Of a stretch of 32,000 bases of DNA, positions 1-7,173 are shown in pieces (within the stretch, counting starts at the first letter, position 1; each line of letters begins with the position of its first letter). The stretch is from Pseudomonas aeruginosa (lineage in GTDB: Bacteria > Pseudomonadota > Gammaproteobacteria > Pseudomonadales > Pseudomonadaceae), in NCBI RefSeq assembly GCF_001457615.1, contig NZ_LN831024.1:3720001-3752000 (forward strand). The letters run 5' to 3'. The notes under the pieces are model-generated. The model ran no database searches. It was not told the DNA's origin and saw nothing but the letters and a program-made list of their open reading frames with translations. The position numbers and the translations under genes were made by a program.

Positions 1-511
1 GCTCGTCGGCCAGCACGGCATCGTCGACATGGGCCAGCAGCACGCGGGCGAAGATCAGGTGGCAATTGGGGTTCTCCGCCGGATACGGCTTGATCTCCGC
101 CACCTCGCACTCGAAGGCCACCGCCGCCGCGGCGATCCGCGGCGGCGCCACGCGTACGCTGGACACGGTAGGGATGCCGACCGTCTCGATCTCGCTCACG
201 CCATGGGGCAGCCAGGCGGAGGTGGCGTTCATGGTCTCTGCCTGGGCGGCGCCGACCAGGTGGATCACCAACTGCCCGGTGGCCTGGACGTTGCGCAGGG
301 TGTCCTTGAGGCTGCCGTCGTCGCGCAGGCTGACGTTGACCATCAGGGTCGGCGGCTCGTCGCTGATCACCTGGAAGAAGCTGAACGGGGCCAGGTTGCT
401 GGCGCCCTCGGCGGACAGGGTCGAGACCCAGGCAATCGGTCGCGGGGTGACGGTGGAAGCCAACCAGCGATAGGCCTCGGCGGGAGCGATGGTGGTGAAG
501 TCCAGTTGCAT
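1..511 (-). CDS. Flavin reductase-like FMN-binding protein (N-terminal ~170 codons; C-terminus lies beyond the left edge)
   Basis: Absent from the ORF track because it has no stop in the window. A reverse-strand ATG at 511 (plus-strand cat 509-511) opens a frame that stays open to position 1: MQLDFTTIAPAEAYRWLASTVTPRPIAWVSTLSAEGASNLAPFSFFQVISDEPPTLMVNVSLRDDGSLKDT... The PRPIAWVST...NLAPFSFF block is typical of the flavin reductase family. The listed + ORF 29..652 is its antisense shadow. Confidence 0.75.
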   Translation of the reverse strand, partial: MQLDFTTIAPAEAYRWLASTVTPRPIAWVSTLSAEGASNLAPFSFFQVISDEPPTLMVNVSLRDDGSLKDTLRNVQATGQLVIHLVGAAQAETMNATSAWLPHGVSEIETVGIPTVSSVRVAPPRIAAAAVAFECEVAEIKPYPAENPNCHLIFARVLLAHVDDAVLADE

Positions 512-648
512 GGCGGTCTCGCGGAAATCGACGGAGGGGACGCCGATTATGCCGCAGCCCCGCAGCTCTCGCGACCGTCTGCGCCGAGGCCCTGCGCCAC
601 CTGGAAGCAGCGGCTAGACTTGCCCTACCCTCACCCAGGAGCCCTGCC

Positions 649-996
649 ATGAACTATCGAGGAAGCTGCCACTGCGGAACCATCGCCTACGAAGTCGAAG
701 GCGACCTCGACCAGGTGATCCAGTGCAACTGTTCACTGTGCAGCCGGCGCGGCTGGCTGCTGTGGTTCGTCCCGCGCGACCGTCTGGCGCTGAAGACGCC
801 GGCCAGCGCGATGCACACCTACACCTTCAACACCCATCGCCTGCAGCATCACTTCTGCCCCACCTGCGGCTGCGCGCCGTTCAGCGAAGGCATAGGCCCG
901 GACGGCCAGGCGATGGCCGCGGTCAACGCGCGCTGCCTGGAGGACATCGACGCCAGCGCGCTCCCGGTACAGCACTACGATGGCCGCAACGCCTGA
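649..996 (+). CDS. GFA / CENP-V family zinc-binding protein (glutathione-dependent formaldehyde-activating enzyme fold)
   Basis: 115-aa ORF with an ATG start. It has the Cys ladder CHCG...[10 protein letters not shown]...CPTCG characteristic of the GFA family. AGGAG lies 7 nt upstream of the ATG. Confidence 0.85.
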
Positions 997-2084
997 CGCT
1001 GGCGCAGGTAGCCGATCACCTCGGCCTGGTTGCCGCGGAACTCGACGCGGTCTTCCTTGCTCTGCCGCTGGAAGGCGTACATCGGGTCGTAGTACTCCTT
1101 GAGCAGCCCCTCGATCCAGCCGCGATGGGTATCCACCGAGCCGTCGCGGCCCTGCTCTTCCAGCGCCTGCACGAGGATCGCCGCCAGCCGCTGGTAGCGC
1201 TCGCCGCCGAGGCGCTTGACGATGCCGGCGAGGCTCTTCTGCAGGTAGGCGGAGAAGGCGGCGAAGCCCTCCTCCACGCCCACCACACGCTCGAACTCGC
1301 TGCGCAGGTCGATCACGTAGTCCCTGAGGATACGCTCGACACGCTGCTCGAAGGCATCCTCCAGCCAGACCAGCGGGTAGCCCTGCATGCCCTGGTACAG
1401 CTCCAGCGGCAAGGAGCAGCTGCCGACGATCCGCCCCTCGTCCTCGAGGACGAACTGGCCGACGCCACGATGACGCTTCTTCAGGATGTCGATGGCCAGG
1501 CGGTTCTCGAAGTCGATCTGCGCCGGCTGCGGCGTGGCTCGCCGGCCAAAGCTGGAGCCGCGGTGGTTGGCGTGGCCTTCGAGATCGAGGCTGTTGTCCA
1601 GCGCCGCGATCACCTCGGTCTTGCCGCAACCGGTGAGGCCGCCGACCAGCACGAAATCGCACTCGTCGACCGCCGCGCGGGTGGTTTCGAAAAGGAAGTT
1701 GCGCAACGCCTTGTAGCCGCCGATCACCCGTGGGTAGTCGATGCCGGCGTCCTGCTTCAGCCACTGCTGGACGATCTGCGAGCGCAGGCCGCCGCGGAAG
1801 CAATACAGGTAGCCGTTCGGGTTGGCTTCGGCGAAGGCTTTCCAGGCCGCCAGCCGTTCGGCCTTGAGCGCCCCGCAGACCAGTTCGTGGCCAAGGGCGA
1901 TGGCGGCCTGCTGGCCGTGCTGCTTGTAGCTGGTGCCGACCTTCTGCCGCTCGATGTCGTTCATCAGCGGCCGGTTGACAGTGTTGGGAAAGGCGCCCTT
2001 GTGGTACTCCACCGGGGCGCGCACATCCATCAGGGGGATATCGTCGAGAAACAGTTCGCGGTAGTGCTGGGTGTTGTCGCGCAT
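975..2084 (-). CDS. selU: tRNA 2-selenouridine synthase (SelU/MnmH/YbbB)
   Basis: The ATG at 2084 gives 369 aa: [54 protein letters not shown]... It has an N-terminal rhodanese domain with the active-site Cys in YCFRGGLRS and a P-loop [10 protein letters not shown]. It starts inside the selD stop codon. The track ORF 975..2504 adds an Arg/Gly-rich extension that overlaps selD and is not credible. Confidence 0.9.
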
Positions 2085-3118
2085 TACAGCACCTGTACCG
2101 CGAGACTCTGTCGCTCGACCAGCTCGCCGATCGGCGCCAGTTGCAGGCCGAGTTCCGCCGCCACGGCGAGGAACTCCGCCTCGCCTTCCGGAGCCACCGC
2201 CACCAGCAGGCCGCCGCTGGTCTGCGGATCGCAAAGCAACAGCTTCTGCACTTCCGGCAGTGGCGCGATGCGCTCGCCATAGCTGTCGAAGTTGCGCAGT
2301 GTGCCGCCAGGCACGCAGCCCTGCTCCAGGTAATATTCGGCACTGGCCAGGCGCGGTACCGCGGCGTACTCCACGCGTGCGGTGAGCTTGCTGCCGTCGG
2401 CCATTTCCACCAGGTGGCCGAGCAGGCCGAAACCGGTGACGTCGGTCATCGCCTTGACCCCCGCCAACCGGCCGAAGCGCGCGCCGGGCCTGTTCAGGGT
2501 GCACATCCAGTCACGCGCCACGCCGACGTCCTCGGCGCGCAGCCTGGCCTTCTTCTCGGCAGTGGTGAGGATGCCGATGCCCAGCGGCTTGGTCAGGTAC
2601 AGCCTGCAGCCGGCCTCGGCGGTGTCGTTGCGTTTCATGAAGCGCTTCTCCACCACGCCGGTCACGGCCAGGCCGAAGATCGGCTCGGGGGCGTCGATGG
2701 AGTGTCCGCCGGCCAGCGGGATGCCGGCTTCCTCGCAGACCTTGCGGCCGCCGGCGATCACCTCGCGGGCGACTTCCGCGGCCAGCACGTTGACCGGCCA
2801 GCCGAGGATGGCGATGGCCATCAGCGGGTCGCCGCCCATGGCGTAGATATCGCTGATGGCGTTGGTCGCGGCGATACGGCCGAAGTCGAAGGGGTCGTCG
2901 ACGATCGGCATGAAGAAATCGGTGGTGGAGACCACCCCGCGCTCCTCGTCGAGGGCGTAGACAGCCGCGTCGTCGCGCGAGGCGTTGCCGACCCAGAGCT
3001 TCGGATCGAGGTTCTGCGCGCCGCTGCCGGCGAGGATCACCTCCAGTACCTTGGGCGAAATCTTGCAGCCGCAGCCGGCGCCGTGGCTGTACTGGGTCAG
3101 GCGGATCGCCTCGCTCAT
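2084..3118 (-). CDS. selD: Selenide, water dikinase (selenophosphate synthetase)
   Basis: 344 aa starting [25 protein letters not shown], with the conserved GAGCGCK active-site loop (Cys, not Sec, at the catalytic position). AIR-synthase-like fold motifs run throughout. GGGAG lies 8 nt upstream of the ATG. Confidence 0.95.
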
Positions 3119-3151
3119 CGGTGTACTCCCGTGGATGTCGGAAAAGTGCCC

Positions 3152-3160
3152 ATTCTAGCA
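3152..3160 (-). promoter_or_regulatory. Candidate extended -10 element (TGCTAGAAT) for selD-selU
   Basis: The reverse strand reads TGCTAGAAT, which fits the TGnTAnAAT extended -10 pattern. It lies about 34-42 nt upstream of the selD ATG. No good -35 is present. Sequence-pattern call only. Confidence 0.3.
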
Positions 3161-3201
3161 AAGCCGGCGCCGCCGCCAGAGGACCGATCGCCGCGCCCGG
3201 C

Positions 3202-3480
3202 TCAGCGCCCGGCGCGCGACTCGCGGATATAGAAGCGCGCCTTCTCGGCCTTGCTGGTGCAGCCCTCGTAGGCCTCGAACTGCTGCTGGGTCTTGGCCCC
3301 GGTGAGCAGGGTCAGGGCCTTCGAGTAGCTGACGGTGCCGGCGAAACCTTCGGCCTTGGCCAGGTCGAGTTCCTTCCAGGCCGCGTCCAACTGGTCGGCG
3401 CAGTTCTCCCGGTAGGCGGTCTTGCCGGCGCAGCCGGCCAGGGTCAGGGCAAGGACGGGCAGAACGATCCAGGTTTTCAT
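3202..3480 (-). CDS. Small lipoprotein of unknown function
   Basis: 92 aa starting MKTWIVLPVLALTLAGCAGK: a signal peptide followed by the lipobox L-A-G-C. The mature part is helical and charged. I cannot identify a family with confidence. Confidence 0.7.
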   Translation of the reverse strand: MKTWIVLPVLALTLAGCAGKTAYRENCADQLDAAWKELDLAKAEGFAGTVSYSKALTLLTGAKTQQQFEAYEGCTSKAEKARFYIRESRAGR

Positions 3481-3594
3481 CGAACGATCTCCGGACAGGG
3501 AAAGGGCCGCGCATCGCCGCGACGCACTTGGCGGCGGCCGGGCGACACGCGTATCGTTTTCGCTTCGTCACGCAGTATTGGCAAGGGGTTGCAG

Positions 3595-4632
3595 ATGAGC
3601 AAACAGGTCGCCCTGGTATTGGGCTCCGGCGGTGCGCGCGGCTACGCGCACATCGGCGTGATCGAGGAACTCGAGGCACGCGGCTATGAGATCACCTGCA
3701 TCGCCGGTTGTTCCATGGGCTCGGTGATCGGCGGCATCTACGCCGCCGGCAAGCTGCGCGAGTACCGCGAGTGGGTGGAAAGCCTGGATTACCTCGACGT
3801 GCTGCGCCTGCTCGACGTCAGCTTCCGCCTCGGCGCGATCCGCGGCGAGCGGGTGTTCGGCAAGATCCACGAGATCCTCGGCGAGGTAAACATCGAGGAC
3901 CTGTCGATTCCCTACACGGCGGTTGCCACCGACCTCACCAACCAGCAGGAAATCTGGTTCCAGGAAGGCTGCCTGCACCAGGCCATGCGCGCCTCGGCGG
4001 CAATCCCCAGCCTGTTCACACCGGTCATGCAGGGCAGCCGCATGCTGGTCGACGGCGGCCTGCTCAACCCGTTGCCGATCGTGCCGGTGGTGTCGGCCCA
4101 CAGCGACCTGATCATCGCGGTCAACCTCAACGCCACCAACCAGAAGCAGTACCACCTGCCGGTGATCGAGCGTCCGGCCGCGCTCAAGGGGCGCTTCGAC
4201 AGCATGATCGAGAGCCTCGGCCACAAACTCTCGTTCTTCCGCCGCCACGGCGACGACAATACCCCGCCGGAGCTGAGCGCCGACGCCCTGCTCCATCCGG
4301 TTCCGGCGGAATCCGAGGAGCCCGCCGAGCCGCAACTGCAACAGCCGGCCGCGGCGCCGCAAGGCAAGGACTCGCCGAAGTCGGCCAGCGGCACCACGGT
4401 GGTGGAAAGCAGCGGTCCGGCATCGCTGCTGGAACTGGTCAACCAGAGCTTCGAGGTGATGCAGACCTCGCTGGCGCAGTACAAGATCGCCGGCTACCCG
4501 CCGGACATCCTGATCAACGTGCCGAAGCGGGTCTGCCGCTTCTTCGAGTTCTACAAGGCGCCGGAATTGATCGCCCTCGGCCGGCAGATCGCCAGCGACA
4601 CCCTGGACCGCTACGAGGAAGACAACGCCTGA
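3595..4632 (+). CDS. Patatin-like phospholipase (RssA-like)
   Basis: The ATG at 3595, in frame within track ORF 3121..4632, gives 345 aa: MSKQVALVLGSGGARGYAHIGVIEELE... It has the oxyanion motif GSGGARG, the nucleophile elbow GCSMG and the catalytic Asp motif VDGGL. Confidence 0.85.
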   Translation: MSKQVALVLGSGGARGYAHIGVIEELEARGYEITCIAGCSMGSVIGGIYAAGKLREYREWVESLDYLDVLRLLDVSFRLGAIRGERVFGKIHEILGEVNIEDLSIPYTAVATDLTNQQEIWFQEGCLHQAMRASAAIPSLFTPVMQGSRMLVDGGLLNPLPIVPVVSAHSDLIIAVNLNATNQKQYHLPVIERPAALKGRFDSMIESLGHKLSFFRRHGDDNTPPELSADALLHPVPAESEEPAEPQLQQPAAAPQGKDSPKSASGTTVVESSGPASLLELVNQSFEVMQTSLAQYKIAGYPPDILINVPKRVCRFFEFYKAPELIALGRQIASDTLDRYEEDNA

Positions 4633-4635
4633 GCC

Positions 4636-5241
4636 TCAGCGGCTGAACTCGAGGACCTCGTAGCCGCCGCGCCGTTCCGGGAACAGCAGGAGGAAGCCAC
4701 CGGCGTGCGGGCGCAGCAGCGCGACCACGTCGGACTCAGCCGGCGCGCCGTGGGCCAGGCCACTGAAGGCCACCTGGGGCTCGTCGTTGACCGTGGCGCC
4801 GCCGAGGAACACGTAGCGCTGCGTGCCTTCGCGGAACAGGTAGCCGCTGACCCGCTGCGAACCGCTGGTCTTCTCCAGGAACAGGCCGCGGTCGGTACGC
4901 CGGATGCGGCACTGGAAGTTCGGATAGCGATAGATGCCGTACTGGTCGGCCTGGGTCGAGCGGCACTTCCAGTCGCCCAGCAGGCCTTTCTCGTCGACGG
5001 CGACGACGGGCTGCGCCAGGCTGAGTTCCAGTTGCTCCAGTTCCGGCAGGAATTCCTCGAAGGCACTGTCGTAGTAGCGCTTGTTGATGGCCTCGGCGTC
5101 CTGCTCGACGGCCAGCACGCTGCGCTGCTGCTGTTCGCTGGTGTAGCCACGCCAGTCCGGTTCGGCGGCGCCGGCATGCGCGCAGGCGGCGAGAACGGTG
5201 AGGCAGGCGAAGACACGGGAAACGGGGATCGGACGGGACAT
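4636..5241 (-). CDS. Secreted or lipid-anchored protein of unknown function (I recall homologues labelled DUF4893; unverified)
   Basis: The ATG at 5241 gives 201 aa. The N-terminus MSRPIPVSRVFACLTVLAACAHAGAAEP is a signal peptide with a possible L-A-A-C lipobox. The codon bias looks like a real gene. The track ORF 4636..5694 carries a non-credible N-terminal extension. Confidence 0.7.
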   Translation of the reverse strand: MSRPIPVSRVFACLTVLAACAHAGAAEPDWRGYTSEQQQRSVLAVEQDAEAINKRYYDSAFEEFLPELEQLELSLAQPVVAVDEKGLLGDWKCRSTQADQYGIYRYPNFQCRIRRTDRGLFLEKTSGSQRVSGYLFREGTQRYVFLGGATVNDEPQVAFSGLAHGAPAESDVVALLRPHAGGFLLLFPERRGGYEVLEFSR

Positions 5242-5351
5242 GGCGACCTTCCTGGCGAGTGGACCGGCGCATCCGGCGCCGGCAAGCGGTAGCCGCAGAA
5301 CATAGCGCAGCGGCGCCGGGAATTCGAGCGCCGCCACGACGGGCGGCGGTT

Positions 5352-6260
5352 TCAGAAGATCGACCAGCCGATCCGCTCGCTGAGTTTCTCCAGCGCGGCG
5401 ATACCCGCCAGCGAATTGCCCGCGGCGTTCAGTTCCGGCGACCAGACACAGACCGTGAAGCGCCCCGGCACTACCGCGATGATGCCGCCGCCGACACCGC
5501 TCTTGCCTGGCAGGCCGACCCGATAGGCAAAGTTGCCGGCCTCGTCGTAGAGCCCGCTGGTGGCCATGATCGCGTTGACCTGCTTGGTCTGCCGCTCGTT
5601 GAGTACCTGCTCGCCGCTGTGCTTGCAGAAGCCCTTGTCGGCGAGGAAGCAGAACGCCCGCGCCAGGTCGACGCAGCTCATGCGCAGCGCGCAATGATGG
5701 AAATAGCTGAGCAGCACCGCCTCGACGTCGTTGTGGAAGTTACCGAACGATTTCATCAGGTAGGCCGCCGCCGCGTTGCGCGAGCGGTGCTGGTACTCCG
5801 AGCGCGCCACCACCGAGTCCGACACCACTTCCGGGTTGCCGCACAGGCGCCGGACGAAATCGCGCATCGATTGCGCCGGCGCGGCGAAACGCGACTGGTT
5901 GATGTCGCAGATCACCAGGGCGCCGGCATTGATGAACGGGTTGCGCGGCTTGCCGCGCTCGAACTCCAGCTGCACCAGGGAGTTGAAAGGCTGGCCGGAG
6001 GGCTCGTGGCCGAGGCGTTGCCAGATGTCCTCGCCGGAATGCTGGATCGCCTGGACCAGGCTGAACACCTTGGAAATGCTCTGGATGGAAAACGGCCGCA
6101 GGGCGTCGCCGGCATGGAACAGCTCGCCGTCGCGGCTGTACACGGCGATCCCCAGTTGGTTCGGCTCGACGCCGGCGAGCGCGGGAATGTAGTCGGCGAC
6201 CTTGCCGCGCCCGATCAGCGGGCGGACTTCATCGAGAATCTCGTTCAACAGTTGCTGCAT
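5352..6260 (-). CDS. glsB: Glutaminase
   Basis: The ATG at 6260 gives 302 aa: [29 protein letters not shown]...[10 protein letters not shown]...NPFINAGA...GKSGVGGGI. The serine-dependent glutaminase (beta-lactamase-like fold) motifs are all present. Confidence 0.93.
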   Translation of the reverse strand: MQQLLNEILDEVRPLIGRGKVADYIPALAGVEPNQLGIAVYSRDGELFHAGDALRPFSIQSISKVFSLVQAIQHSGEDIWQRLGHEPSGQPFNSLVQLEFERGKPRNPFINAGALVICDINQSRFAAPAQSMRDFVRRLCGNPEVVSDSVVARSEYQHRSRNAAAAYLMKSFGNFHNDVEAVLLSYFHHCALRMSCVDLARAFCFLADKGFCKHSGEQVLNERQTKQVNAIMATSGLYDEAGNFAYRVGLPGKSGVGGGIIAVVPGRFTVCVWSPELNAAGNSLAGIAALEKLSERIGWSIF

Positions 6261-6359
6261 GATGACCTTCGTCGTGACACCGGGGCGCCGACCCGGCGCA
6301 TCCGGGCCAGCGCGAATGCGCGGCATCATAGGCGATGAACGCGCGGGAGGCATGCCCCT

Positions 6360-6380
6360 CGCGCAGAATTGCGCTGCGCG
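6360..6380 (-). other. Stem-loop immediately after the kdpE stop codon (7-bp stem, 7-nt loop, no U tract)
   Basis: CGCGCAG (6360-6366) pairs with CTGCGCG (6374-6380). It abuts the kdpE TGA (6381-6383). No T-run follows in the direction of transcription. Confidence 0.3.
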
Positions 6381-7073
6381 TCAGCTGTCGCGCAGGCGAT
6401 AGCCGACGCCCGCCTCGGTCACCAGGAAGCGCGGGCTGGCCGGATCGTCGCCGAGTTTCTGCCGCAGGTGGCCGACCACGACCCGCAGGTAATGGGTGTC
6501 TTCGACATGGGTCGGACCCCAGATATCCTTGAGCAGTTGCTGCTGGGTCACTACCCGTCCGAGATGGCGTGCCAGCGCGGCGAGCACTGCATACTCCTTG
6601 CGCGTCAGCGCCACTTCCGCACCCTCCAGGGTGACTCGGCGATAGGCGAAGTCCACCTGCAACGGGCCGACCGCCACCGACGCCTCCGGGCTTTCGCCCT
6701 GCGCCGCCTGGCGCAGCAGGACGCGCACGCGGGCGAGGAACTCCTGGATGCCGAACGGCTTGGTCACGTAGTCGTTGGCGCCGCCGTCCAGGGCCAGTAC
6801 CTTCTCGCCCTCGCTGGCGCGCACCGACAGCACCAGCACCGGCACCTGCGACCATTCGCGCAGGTCGCGAAGGATGTCCTGGCCGTCGCGGTCCGGCAGG
6901 CCGAGGTCGAGCACCACCAGGTCCGGTCGGTTCAGCGCGGCCTGGGCCAGCCCCTCTTCGCCGGTGCCGGCCTCGAGCACCCGGTAGCCCTGGGCATTGA
7001 GACTGATACGGAGGAACTTGCGGATCTGCGGTTCGTCGTCGATCAGCAGGATGCTGTTCTGCAATTGGGTCAT
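6381..7073 (-). CDS. kdpE: KdpE, OmpR-family response regulator of the kdp operon
   Basis: Receiver domain (ILLIDDEPQIRKF, VVLDLGLPDRDG) followed by a winged-helix output domain. It lies directly downstream of kdpD. I prefer the ATG at 7073 (230 aa); the track start at 7085 is a GTG four codons upstream with no Shine-Dalgarno. Confidence 0.9.
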   Translation of the reverse strand: MTQLQNSILLIDDEPQIRKFLRISLNAQGYRVLEAGTGEEGLAQAALNRPDLVVLDLGLPDRDGQDILRDLREWSQVPVLVLSVRASEGEKVLALDGGANDYVTKPFGIQEFLARVRVLLRQAAQGESPEASVAVGPLQVDFAYRRVTLEGAEVALTRKEYAVLAALARHLGRVVTQQQLLKDIWGPTHVEDTHYLRVVVGHLRQKLGDDPASPRFLVTEAGVGYRLRDS

Positions 7074-7173
7074 GGCACTCGGCACGGCAGGTGAACACGG
7101 CGACAGGCCAGCGGCGGCGTCGCGGAAACGGCAGGAATAGCGCGAGCGCGGGCGCCAGGCAAGTGCGCCGGGC

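Noticed and set aside
723-2504. 519-aa (+) and 536-aa (-) ORFs, and the 509-aa extended version of selU
   Set aside because: These are alternative frames or extensions overlapping selU and selD. Only the 369-aa frame starting at 2084 carries the rhodanese and P-loop motifs and the TAATG junction with selD.
5264-6305. The 13-mer CCGGCGCATCCGG is shared by the leaders of the secreted-protein gene (5264-5276) and glsB (6293-6305)
   Set aside because: It is tempting to read this as a common regulatory site. However, a 13-nt GC-rich match is expected to occur by chance several times in 32 kb of this composition, and the flanks do not align.
7083-7085. GTG at 7085 as the kdpE start (track ORF 6381..7085)
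   Set aside because: The ATG four codons downstream gives the canonical receiver-domain N-terminus, and neither start has a strong Shine-Dalgarno. I kept it only as an alternative.
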